Assembly (NCBI RefSeq): GCF_000400465.1
Contig: NW_008806284.1
Span: forward strand, 206,001 to 268,000
DNA from: Wallemia ichthyophaga EXF-994
Lineage: Eukaryota; Fungi; Basidiomycota
Length of the DNA: 62,000 nucleotides
Direction of reading: 5' to 3'
Within the stretch, counting starts at the first letter, position 1. Every line of letters begins with the position of its first letter. This document shows positions 8,643 through 20,109 of this stretch, one piece after another. The position numbers and the translations under genes are program-made. Below the pieces are notes generated by a model. The model had not been told where the DNA came from, did not search any database, and saw only the letters and a list, made by a program, of their open reading frames with translations.

Positions 8643-11600
8643 ATGACAATGTTTTCAAACAAACAAACTGAAAAGTTCTCATCTACTGAAAAATCTGATC
8701 AAAGTGGGTATCGCGCGGGGTTGCTGCCGCATAGCTAAAGTTATCATACAGCTCCAGCTCATGTGAGAGACTCGTCCGACATTCTCCATGAACACAGCGT
8801 CGATCCTTTACTGGGCCTTTCTTTCGACAGGGTCGATCAACTGCAGAAAGAATTCGGTCCTAACAGACTGAGACCTCCGCCCAAGCCATCTTTACTAAAG
8901 ATATTCGGTACGCAGCTCGGTAACGCTGTAAGTCTTATTGTGATATCATCTCATAATCTCACATGTCGTCATTGCAGATGACACTGGTTCTGATAGCTGC
9001 AATGGCTGTCTCTTTCGGTACACAAGACTGGATCGAAGCAGGAGTTATTGCTGCTCTCGTTATTCTCAACGTCACTGTCGGATTTACCCAGGAGTGGAAG
9101 GCTGAAAAGACAGTTGCTGCCCTAGAAAGCGTGAGTGCTTTGGTCCGTACAAAATAGCCACACTCTGACTTACAAATTCAGGTCGGAAGTCCTGTCGCTG
9201 TTGTTGTACGCCACGATGCTTCAAACAAAGGTCGTGAAGGAAAAATTATCGATGTTCAAACCGACGAAGTAGTTCCAGGTGACATTATGATGGTTAAAAT
9301 CGGAGATATCATTCCTGCTGATGGGAGAGTTATTGACAATCACATCTCCAACCTGGAAGTAGACGAAGCCTTGTTGACAGGTGAATCACTACCAGTCTCT
9401 AAGCAAACTGAGACCCTCGATGACAAAACATGCCCGGTTGGTGATCGTATTAATATGGTTTTCTCCGGTAGTCAAGTGACAAAAGGCAGGGCTAGATGCG
9501 TAGTCACCTCGATAGGGATGAAAACTGAGCTCGGTGCTATATCCGAGGCTTTGGCAACGAAAGCTGATTCTAAGAAACGCGGCTGGAGAAGATTTTGGGA
9601 GAAGACCCAAGTTTTCTTAGGTGTTAAAGGTACAACGCCACTTCAAATCAAATTGAATAAGTTAGCTTATTTACTACTGGTATTAGCAATCATATTCGCC
9701 ATCGTCGTCGTTAGTTCGACTGGATACGTCGACATCCCAGATTCTACCGCAACTTACGCAGTCGCTACTGCTATTTCTCTTTTACCTGCTTCGCTCATTG
9801 CTGTAGTGTCGCTTACACTTGCAACATCTTCGAGAGAGCTAGCTAAGAGGAATGCATTGGTTCGTAAGATGGACGCTATTGAAACCTTGGCAGGGGTAAC
9901 GGATATCTGTTCAGACAAGACCGGTACAATCACTGTTGGAAGAATGGTTCTGAAGAAGGCCTGGGTACCTTCACGTTTTGAAGCACCGGATACCAAAGTT
10001 GGACAAACCTATGCCGTCGAATCGGGTAAAGATCCTTACTATCCAAGAGGCACAATACAAGCACAGGATGATAATGACGACGACAATGAAAGTGGTATAT
10101 CAGATAGCGATGCCGTTCATGTGAATGAATTGGATTCTTCATTCCAGGAACTCGTTCAATCGGCTGCACTCAACAATATGGCAACAATTTCAGCTAGTGA
10201 CGAAGGAGGGGACTGGGATGCTCAAGGAGATCCAACGGAAATCGCTTTACAAGTCTTCTCTCACAAGGCTGGCCACGGTAAACCTCACTTGACTCATCCA
10301 CCTAAACACAGAACAAAGAAGGAAGATCATCCTGCACCTAAAGCCGATGTAGACGGTCACTTTGAGATACTAATCGAACATCCCTTCGATTCATCTATAA
10401 AGAGAATGACTACCGCATGGAAGTTGGTTGGTGCTCAGGGCGGTGACGACGATGATTCCAAGCAACATATTTTCATTTACATGAAGGGTGCAGTCGAGAG
10501 GGTGTTAGAAAGATGTACACATGTTTCAATAGGTGATAAATCAATAGAGATGTCAGAGGAAGCCAAAGATGACATCATCAAGAAGATGGACCAATTAGCA
10601 GCTGAGGGTTTGCGTGTTTTGGCTCTGGCTGGAAGAACAGACCGTCTTTCAAATGCCCAGACTGTGAAGGAGACTAAAAGAGATGATGTAGAAAATTGTT
10701 TCGGACTGTTAGGCTTAGTTGGTATATTTGATCCGCCAAGACCTGAGTCTAAAGGGGCTGTCTACGATTCAAGACGCGCTTCGATAGTTGTGAGAATGCT
10801 TACAGGTGATCATGCAGCAACAGCTGCATCCATCGCAATGTCAGTGGGCATTCTAGATAAGAATCACTCAAAATCTGCTGTAATGACTGGCCAGCAATTT
10901 GATGCAATGACTGATGAAGAGGTAGATGCACTTGAAGAACTCCCCGTTGTGGTAGCGAGATGTGCTCCTGAAACTAAGACTGGATTCGTTGATGCCTTAC
11001 ATCGTCGCAAACGTTTAACTGTTATGACCGGTGATGGTGTGAACGATTCACCTGCATTGAAGAGAGCCGATGTTGGAGTCGCAATGGGACTTAATGGCTC
11101 AGATGTTGCAAAAGGTGCTGCCGATATCGTATTGGCAGATGATAACTTCTCAACTTGTGTTCGTGCAGTCAGAAAGGGTAGATCAGTTTTTACGAACTTA
11201 TCAAAGTTTCTGGTCTACTTGCTAGCTAGTAATGTGTCTGAAGTCTTGGTTTTACTCGTTGGATTAGCTGTTCGTTCTGATGGCGATGCTGTCTACCCTA
11301 TTTCACCAGTCGGTGCACTGTAAGTGGAGAGTATGCTATGTGGATTGTCTGACAAATATCAAAGCGTAATCAATACTCTTACTATTGGCCCAGTAGCTTT
11401 TGCTCTGGGTGTCGAGCCTACGGCAGATGACACTATGCTTCAACCACCTAGCAACTTCTTCACGATATTCACGCCTAGATGGTTTATGGATTTATTCGCC
11501 TTTGGAATTATGGCGGGTGCACTATGTTTTGCTAATTTCATTATTGTCATCTATGGAAGAAACGATGGCAATGAAGATGTTTCTGCAAGTTGCAACGAAG

Positions 11601-12107
11601 GTGCTGTCAATAGTGAATGTGAAGTGATATATAGGGCAAGAGCGGCAACATATGCCTCACTTTTGCTCATGCTGATGGTCCTAGCATTCGATTGCAAACA
11701 TAGTACTCGCAGGTAGGTAAATTGTAGTACTAAAGTCCTCATCCTAATAACCTATTGCAGCGTTTTCAAGATGAATCTACTAGACAACAAGCTTTTAATT
11801 TGGTCAGTTGCTCTGCTTTCGCTCAGTGTCTTTCCAGTTATCTACATTCCCGGTGAGGTGTATCTTCCTCTAACATCACATTCTCATATGATTATTAGTC
11901 ATTAAAGATCGCGTTTTTCAAGTTACTGGTATTGGCTGGGAATGGGGTATGATTGCGGCAACAGTTTTGGTTTACTTTGGTTACTTAGAAGTCTACAAAG
12001 CTATCAAGCGTTTGTATGAGAGAAGACTGATGAGAAATAGTGACCTGGAAAATTCAAATGGGAAGGAAATTCGAATGGCACCAACGATGGAGCCTAATAC
12101 TGTTTAA
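8643..12107 (+). CDS. ENA1: ENA-type (P2D) Na+/K+-exporting P-type ATPase, multi-exon
   Basis: WIEAGVIAALVILNVTVGFTQEWKAEK, LTGES, TM4 YAVATAISLLPASLIAVVSL (ENA-type), CSDKTGT, KGAVE, MLTGD, TGDGVNDSPAL. Several short GT-AG introns join ORFs 8763, 8963, 9287 and 11324; stop TAA at 12105-12107. Confidence 0.9.
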
Positions 12108-12432
12108 ATAAATTACACTATACTTATCGCTGACATAGTTGATATCTTCATGTCCACAGGCAGAGAGAGTAGGAGGCAATAAGTATCAATGTAAAGAAGC
12201 TTATTTTACCCTCTTGATCTGATTATGCGCGCTCATATCCTGATTGGCGTTGCGCAACGCTCTGTAATCGTTGAACCAATATTGGCATGTTGCGGGGATA
12301 GTGATTTGGAATTTCGAAATTATACATTCTTATTATAGGGACTTCTAAAATCCCAGCGCATCCTTAACCCCCTTCATACTTTCATTGCTTGACATAGCGA
12401 ATTGCATCTGGTCGAGCCAAACCCCGATTTCA

Positions 12433-12823
12433 GAGTTTTCGATGACACCCACTTTTCTCTGCATACCTCTGTTTTTCCAAGCGTGAAGTGAGCGAAATGG
12501 CAAAAACTTTTCTTTGGTGCCAACTTTGAGTCGTGTAGACGCTACGCAACATAAAACGTTTTTCGCGTTTATAGGGCCAAATATTTGAGATGTTTGGGTG
12601 CTTGCGATCTCTATAAATCAAAATGACTTGCTTTAATCGATTGAGCGCGTTATTCTCTCATTGTCTTGTTTATTTCGTGCTCTAAAGCAATTTAGATTTA
12701 TTCCTTCCGATCAGCTTGCAAGGCGCGATAAGGAGCGCCAAGGATACAAGTTTGGCAAAGTCATATTCATTTCAATCATAGCTTCCAATAAAGCTATTTA
12801 ATTTGGAGATCATCAATAGTCGT
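12433..12823 (+). repeat. 391-bp direct repeat, copy 2 (downstream of ENA)
   Basis: Appears identical to 7749-8139; the ORF track shows the same spurious minus-strand peptide in both copies. Confidence 0.97.
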
Positions 12824-13352
12824 ATATCATCTGAGGTGGTAGAGGAGAATTCCAAGTTGGTGGGTATTGAGCGGAGGGTTGAAATGAGGATGCATTTGGA
12901 ATGCTGAAGCTGCAAAGGAAATAATGGTCTTGCTAAATTGTTGAAATTGTGAGTATATGATATGATATTTCCGCGTTTGTCTTCTCACTAACTTGGTAAT
13001 TTCCGGTTACCTTCAGCAGATCTAAATCAACAAAAATGGTTCATGATTTTGCAAGCTTCTGATATTTCTAACAAAAAGTGCTCAAAGCTCAATGTCATCC
13101 CACAATCACATCTTGAAGTCATCAGATATGTAGACACGATTTCCAGTTTGAGTGTTTGTGGGGTTTAACTTGAGGAATAGCTTAGTTCTATGTCCAAGCA
13201 CTTCTTAATTTTGAAACTGAGCGGAGGTAACGAAGGAAGAAGGCAGATTCAAGGCACAAAAAGGGATGAAAAGCACGAAGCAGCAGCCGGCTGGTAAACA
13301 ATCAAAATGATATTATTGTACATGGCCATCTGTATAAAAGTTAATTATTGTT

Positions 13353-14081
13353 TTAAATGAAACAACTGAAGTGCAAAACAAGGGAGATGGAAATAGTAGC
13401 GACAAAGGCGACGACGTGGGAGTGATTGTAGCCATTTGCATTTGATGTCTCAGAATCTAAATTGACTTCATCCTGTTTAGATCCACCACCGTTCTTGATT
13501 TTCTCTTCAGCCGCATCAGATGCAGGGTAGTTGTGATGCAAAGGCAGAGTATCTTGATCGATAGGACCTTCTCTAAGTGATCCGATACCCCATGGAGTAT
13601 CCTTTCCAGATTTAGGCTGGGTTTCGTGGGAAGGTGGTTCAGAATCGCCATTTTCACCTGTAATGGTAAATCTAGTCGACCATGCTTTGTCGGTTGCATT
13701 TTCAGAGTTGTAGAATTGCAAAAAGTAGATTTGGGAGTGTGGGGTGACTGTGTCTGGGAGTGTCCAATTTATTTTGCCCTGGTCCTTGTTTGGTACGCTA
13801 ATATTTTCTGCAACTTTGCCAACGAAGACCTGAGCGGTAGGTTAGAGTAATGTTGACAAGGTGATACCAGAACTCACCGTGTACAAATCAGGACCAGTCA
13901 TCAAATCAATAGAGAATTTATTCCATATTTCCGCTTTGTTTTCAGTATCGACATCAAATTTAATGGTCTGGTTGGATCCGACGGCCCATTTCGAGTCTGG
14001 AGAAGGTTCGGTGGGTAAGACTTTCGCTAAGACATTCGTTGAAAGAAGAGCAAGTAAAAGGTTTAGACAAAAGTATAACAT
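13353..14081 (-). CDS. Secreted, probably GPI-anchored protein with Kre9/Knh1-like N-terminal domain (one intron)
   Basis: Signal peptide MLYFCLNLLLALLSTNVLA; PTEPSP...W...FSIDLMTGPD; WSTRFTITG...PWGIG; hydrophobic C-terminus. Confidence 0.7.
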
Positions 14082-14150
14082 GGTTGGTGTATAAGAGATA
14101 GCATTTCGAATATTGAGCAAGGTTTAGACTAAATCGGTAGATTGGAATGT

Positions 14151-15380
14151 TCAAATACTTGTAGATGACGTATGTGATGAGGCTTTGGTAGAAATATGTT
14201 TTACGAATGAGATAAATAGCTGAAAATCGAAGCCTTCGAGCCATCTAAAGTGTAGAGTGTTTGAATTGGGTTCGTGGCTCTCAATGGAAATGGATAGCTT
14301 CGTTGGATTAAAGTGAGGTGTGAGGGGGTTAGTAGCAGCTCTTCTAGAAGATCTTGACCATGAGTTGATCCCCATAATGATTACAAACACACTACCCTCA
14401 CTACGATGACTGATGTACACGCTTGATAGCTGATTGATTAAGGAGATCATCGCATCAAGGTTGATTGGGTGGTTGAGGTTGTGAGTGTGATGAGTGGAAG
14501 GTGGATTCAATTTGAATAGTGATTTGTTGTTCGATCTTGCTAGTGAGTTGTCCAATCTGTACGGCAAGAATGACCATGCTAGCAGCCACCTCAGTGTGTT
14601 ACCCCGATTAATAACGTTCAAAGCATAATTCGATATGTTGTGCTTATTCAAATATTTGATTAGGATTGATAGATTTGATTTTATGCCGATAAGTGTGGAG
14701 TACCAGACAACCTTGTGCTTAAGTTTGATCGACTGGTTTATGAGTTTTAAAATGAATCCAAGCTCACCGCCTTCTGTGTACAGCTCATTGGTAGATCCCA
14801 GATTCAGTCCACTCGGATGATTCGACTTGATATTCTGTCTACTAACCTGACCTGCATCGTAGAAAGGTGGATTCATTATCAAGAAATCAAATTGAGCGTG
14901 ATTGTCTGTTATTTCCGAGGGAATTAGATTGTTATCATCTCTATCTACACCAACCAGCTTAATCTTATCGTCCAAGTTGTTACGATCAATGTTGGAAGCA
15001 GCCAACTCTAGTGAGGAGTGATCGATATCGGTTGCATAAACCAAGCAATTGTCAAACAATCTAGCAGCTAGTATTGGATATATGGGGAGGTAACCAGTAC
15101 CGATATCGATCAAGTTGAACGTATCACCGGGGCTTACATGACTCCGCCATATACTCTTTATCCAATTCAGGTAGTCTAGTCTGTTGGGTATTGTAGGCAT
15201 GAGCTTGTTTTGCACTAGGCTAACTTGTAAATTAAAGTAAACCTTTAGTATAGCCAGTGTTAAGTGTTTTACAGACAATTCATCCTTGAAATTAATCTTG
15301 TTTTGTTTATTGACAAATGGCTTCAACTTGCTGTACCTTGCAGCCAGCCAATTAAAATCAATCTCATCCAAATTTACCAT
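14151..15380 (-). CDS. METTL16: METTL16/RlmF-family m6A RNA methyltransferase
   Basis: IDFNWLA..., PTIPNRLDYLNWI, DIGTG, catalytic NPPFY, GGELGF, WYSTLIG. Confidence 0.88.
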   Translation of the reverse strand: MVNLDEIDFNWLAARYSKLKPFVNKQNKINFKDELSVKHLTLAILKVYFNLQVSLVQNKLMPTIPNRLDYLNWIKSIWRSHVSPGDTFNLIDIGTGYLPIYPILAARLFDNCLVYATDIDHSSLELAASNIDRNNLDDKIKLVGVDRDDNNLIPSEITDNHAQFDFLIMNPPFYDAGQVSRQNIKSNHPSGLNLGSTNELYTEGGELGFILKLINQSIKLKHKVVWYSTLIGIKSNLSILIKYLNKHNISNYALNVINRGNTLRWLLAWSFLPYRLDNSLARSNNKSLFKLNPPSTHHTHNLNHPINLDAMISLINQLSSVYISHRSEGSVFVIIMGINSWSRSSRRAATNPLTPHFNPTKLSISIESHEPNSNTLHFRWLEGFDFQLFISFVKHISTKASSHTSSTSI

Positions 15381-15411
15381 TGTTTTATGTAAAGAAATTC
15401 AATAATCATAT

Positions 15412-16515
15412 TTAATGCTTAACAAGACAAAGGACATCCTCATCTTCTAATATATGGTCTAATCCGACCTTTTGACCTCTTGGATGTTTAGATGACTTGC
15501 CCCAAACAACGGCGTACTTGAGTTGCTTTGCGATTTCCTTGTGAATTGCATGTGCAAAGTGCTCAACAGTACATCTACCCTTTCTCAAAACAACTGGTGC
15601 CGTATAGTCTGGTGCTCTACCTTTGGGTCTTGTGTAAACTCTAACGAGCTGCAATCTCTGCCACATAATATCAATCAATTCATCAACGTTTAACCATTGT
15701 GACGATGAGATTGGAACAGAGTTTGGAATTTGATAGAGAAGATCCAATTCTTCAATTGAAATTGCATCAATCTTGTTTAAACAGTAGATGCAAGGGATGT
15801 ATACTCGGTTACCTTCAACAACATCAATCAGCTGGTCAACAGAGATATCCTCCCTAATCATAACATCGGCATTAGGTATTTTGTACTCTGACAAAACAGC
15901 CTTGATCTCTTCAGGTTCAATCTTTGTGAGTGGTACAGTGTTTGTGATAGCTATACCACCTTTTTCCTTCTTCTTTACTGAAATGTTTGGTGGTGATTGA
16001 TTTAGTCTAATACCGAAACCTTCCAATTCCCTTTCAATGACGCCCTTATCGTTTAATGGCTTCAATACGTCAAGTACAATGAAGATCAAGTTGCAAGTTC
16101 TTGAAACCGCAATGACTTGTCTACCTCTACCCTTACCATCTTTGGCACCTTCAATGATACCCGGCAAATCCAAAACTTGAATAGGTGCACCAAAAACATT
16201 CATTGTACCGGGAACAGTTGTAAGAGTAGTGAACTCGTAAGCAGCTGTCTCAGAGTGTGTGCCAGTTAATTTGGACATTAAAGTTGATTTACCAACTGAA
16301 GGGAAACCAATGAAACCGACTGAAGCTAAACCAGTCTTTGCAACATCGAAACCAACTCCAGGGCCACCACCACCAGAGGAAGAAGGAGTGAGAAGTTCCT
16401 TCTTGTATTTACTGAGCTTAGCTTTTAGCTGACCCAAATGGTAATTTGTGTTTTTATTCTTTTGAGTTCTAGCCATCTCATCCTCGATATCCTTAATCCT
16501 TTGTACCGTACTCAT
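15412..16515 (-). CDS. RBG1: DRG/Rbg1 ribosome-interacting GTPase
   Basis: 367 aa; [31 protein letters not shown]-terminal TGS domain. Confidence 0.95.
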   Translation of the reverse strand: MSTVQRIKDIEDEMARTQKNKNTNYHLGQLKAKLSKYKKELLTPSSSGGGGPGVGFDVAKTGLASVGFIGFPSVGKSTLMSKLTGTHSETAAYEFTTLTTVPGTMNVFGAPIQVLDLPGIIEGAKDGKGRGRQVIAVSRTCNLIFIVLDVLKPLNDKGVIERELEGFGIRLNQSPPNISVKKKEKGGIAITNTVPLTKIEPEEIKAVLSEYKIPNADVMIREDISVDQLIDVVEGNRVYIPCIYCLNKIDAISIEELDLLYQIPNSVPISSSQWLNVDELIDIMWQRLQLVRVYTRPKGRAPDYTAPVVLRKGRCTVEHFAHAIHKEIAKQLKYAVVWGKSSKHPRGQKVGLDHILEDEDVLCLVKH

Positions 16516-16704
16516 TTTAAACTAATTTATTATGGTGGATGCTCACTCACAAGATTTGAATGAATACCTACGTCAGTTTCTAACTTTAAATAAATATAAA
16601 TTAACATTTAAAACAAAAACTACATTTTTAAATAAATTACTATAATATCCGCTGATCTCTGCTTCGAGCTATAAAATTTTCAATTTTCCTTCAAGACTAT
16701 GCTT

Positions 16705-18572
16705 TTATCCTGCTTGATTTGGTTGATTTGGTTGACCTGCTTGAACCGTTTCAGCCATTTGATTCGATTGTGCTGGTTGAACTACTGGGGCATGAAGAGG
16801 CGTCATTGACATAAAGCTGTGAATTGATTTTCCATTTGAATTGTTGCCCGGCGACTGTGGTGGACTTGCCCCAGCGCTGTTTGTCGCAGAGTTTGTCTGA
16901 CTATTAGGCAATGACCTTATCGCACTCTGCATAGGCGTTGATGAACTACCACTGATACTACTGCTTGGACTTGGATGGACGGGTTGAGGTGGCGACCTTA
17001 GTATCTCCTCTATCTTGTTTCTATTATCTAATGGCAGCGCTGGAGGTGGATTCGCATAACCCATCTCCTCCGTACCACCCATGGTCGAGCTCGATGTCGT
17101 TGACTGCGCTAACGGTGGTAGTCTAAAGTTGGTAAAGTGTACTGGAGAGCTTGCTCTGCTGACGTTTGGTGAATTGTGTGCTGATGTCGATGGTGTTCCT
17201 CCTCTGGAATTTAGATTGAAATAACTTGGCGTTGGATACACTCCCGTGCTTGTTTGATTTGGAAATAGGTTGAGCGATCTTAGTGGGCCCAGTACAGGTG
17301 AACTTGAAGGTGTAAACTCTATGCCGCCAGGAACAACAGGATAAGCACCTAAATTCTGCTGTATAGAACTCTGTTGCTTTGTAGGATTAAAAGTAGTTGT
17401 TTTTGCATCCTCTGTATCACTAAAGTCACTCTCTGCAGAACTAACAGGGCTAACTGTCTGTGACTGCTCTGCGGAGGAGGTATTGAAGGAAGCATAAGGA
17501 TGATAATTATGTCTATGGGTTCTAAGATGTGGAGGTTCAGTGAGAGTGTGCTCTCGTGCACTTAGAGTGCTAAGTTGATCACCTGAATAACTTTTATGGA
17601 AAGGCATAGAGGAGGTTGAAGGGGTAGTAAAAGAAGGTTGAAGTTGTGGCTGCATTTGATAAATGTTACCTTTGTTACCCTTCATCCGCTTAGATTGCTG
17701 TTCCATCTGTCTACAATCATCATGATCGCAGTTTATGTCATCGTTGAGACTAATCGCCGCCTGATTAAAGTCAGGATGATGACAACGAATTGGTTCTTGA
17801 GGTTGTTGATGTTGTTGCTTTAGGTTATAAGGCATATTATAGCGTTGTGCAGGAGGATTGAGGAAATTGAATTGATTGTTGTAAGGATTGAAAGAGGTGT
17901 TTGGAGAGCTTGAAGTGGAATTTGGCTGTGAGGAGATACCATCCTTGAGTTGCCTATGACGATATTCGTATTCAGCTCTTCTTACAGCTTCTTCTCTCTC
18001 TAATTCGTATAATTGATCAGCAGCTGCGGCGGCAAGAGCAGACATTTCATTAGCCGGCTGATAAGGAGTTGGAGGAAAAGAAGAAGTAGAAGAGTAAGCG
18101 TATGGGTTGAATTGGAGGGTAGGATTTGGGGGGATTGAGAGTGGATTAGCTTGTGCAGGGTTTTGAGTGCTGGGAGCTGATTGGCTGGGAGTAGCAGCGG
18201 AGTTAGCAGTAGCATTAACACTACCGCTACCGCTGCCACCGCCATTGCCATTCAAAGCCCTTTTACCTCTACCTTTAGGATTTGAATGAGTGCGCAGGTG
18301 CCTCGTAAGTTCATCTGATCTACTGAATCTTTTATGGCAGCCAGGGTGAGAGCATTGATGAGGCTTTTCACCTGTATGAGTTCTAATATGCCTAGTCTGT
18401 ATAAATCCAGTTAACGGCTTATCTAGTGAATGATATACGGCCAACCAACCTGATGCTCCAAACGATAAAAAGCTCTATCACATAAAGGACACTTGTAAGG
18501 CCTTGGAATTTTGGATTTATCGACGTTAAGCGCTTCCTCGATTTGCTTTAATTTATATTTTTCATTTGACAT
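16705..18572 (-). CDS. creA: CreA/Mig1-type C2H2 carbon catabolite repressor (one intron inside finger 1)
   Basis: ATG 18572 MSNEK...[20 protein letters not shown]|intron|[37 protein letters not shown]. Confidence 0.9.
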
Positions 18573-18602
18573 GTTATGGTTGAGGTACAACAACAAGATA
18601 AT

Positions 18603-19194
18603 TTAATCAACGGCCGTTCTCTTCTTAGGGTTGACTGCGTTGGCTGTGTTGGCTGCAAAGCTCACATCCCCGTTATCTCCAGCAGGTACGGCCGCTTTCA
18701 AATGTCCCCAGCCGCCTCGGCCGCTATCATACTCCTGTCGGTATTCATCTCGGACTTGACCACCGGATCGACCACGTCCAAATTGACGACCATCTCTATA
18801 ACCTTGTGCATCTAAATCACACCTAATCATTCTCTCATCGAGTTTTGTACCGTTTATATACCTTAAAGCTTCAACTGCCTCTTGATGCGTATAATATTCA
18901 ACAAACGCAAATCCACAGGGCGTTTTAGTATTCCTATCTAATCCCATTATTATTCTCTTTATACCCTGTCCACTAGCCACTCTGCCGAACAACTCATATA
19001 TCTGTTCCTCTGTCGTGTAGAATGATAGATTCCCGCACTAAAATACATTATAAATATTAATATACTCATTTTCACACACTCACATACAGCGTCGTTGACC
19101 TATCAAGCATATCCCTCTGCTTCTCCGGGTCAATACTCGAACGCGTATCTTTATACGTTGAAGGTCCATCTAGGGGCTGTATAATTGAACTCAT
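18603..19194 (-). CDS. CBC2: Nuclear cap-binding protein subunit 2 (CBP20), one intron
   Basis: STTLY|[17 protein letters not shown]...[10 protein letters not shown]...[11 protein letters not shown]...[10 protein letters not shown]...[18 protein letters not shown]. Confidence 0.95.
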
Positions 19195-19391
19195 ACTGTT
19201 TATTTGGTTATTCTAATTATCCAATTGATCGACGTTGGTTGTGTGTGTTTAAGTGGTGTATTATGATTTTTCTGTTTTACTTGACAATTAATAGCCAGCA
19301 GCTATAAATTACTTGTCACTAGTATTTTTATATTTTGCTTGAAATTTAAAGATCTGTTGATCAAGAACTGCCATCCACACGATAACAAACC

Positions 19392-20077
19392 ATGTCTAGT
19401 CCGTCAACAGTACAATACCTGCTTCACCTAACATTTCCTCAGAATTAACCTATAGGCTATCAAATATCCCACACACAGCCACTATCAACGATGTAAAGAG
19501 AGTTATTGCTAGATCAACTAATATCAATCAAATCTCAGCGGATAATCATTTTATAAGTGGGTTTGCTACTATCCACAATACTACTCACTCACCCATCACC
19601 ACAGCTTCTTTCAGAAGTTCAAAATTCCCAAACTATCCAAACACAGCGACAATCAAATTCCTAAATCCAAAGCCAGCCGAGAATTTGAGGAATTCTTTAA
19701 AGACTATAAACACTCTCACTCTATCAACCTCTCAGATCAAGTGCCTACCTTTAGATAAGCCTAGCCAAGAAGACGTTTCTTTGACTCACTTTGAACCAGC
19801 AACCCACCCAGGCCAAATCGTTGTCTTGTCTGGTTTGCCTGCTAAAATCAACTCATTTGATATCCAATCCTATCTCAAACCTTATTATCTCGATAACTCC
19901 CCTAACTCCTCGGATCCCATCACCAACATACGCATTCCCTCCGATAAGTTCAGCAGCACCTCCAAATGGCTCGTCAGGCTCAACTCTGTATCTGAAGCTC
20001 ATCGCTTGGTGCGCAACCTCAATCAATCCAGCTGGGTCGATTCACATTATACGATTAATGCAAGAATAATTTATTGA
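19392..20077 (+). CDS. Hypothetical protein with degenerate RRM-like segments (intron 19399-19442)
   Basis: MS-K(spliced)-LTYRLSNIPHTATINDVKR... continues into ORF 19685 (IVVLSGLP...WLVRLNSVSEAHRLVRNLN). Confidence 0.55.
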
Positions 20078-20109
20078 TCCGTTATCCACATATATAGACA
20101 TACACTTTG

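Noticed and set aside
7749-12823. LTR retrotransposon or composite-transposon reading of the repeats
   Set aside because: No TG...CA termini, PBS/PPT, TSD, or gag/pol/transposase; the interior is a host intron-containing gene.
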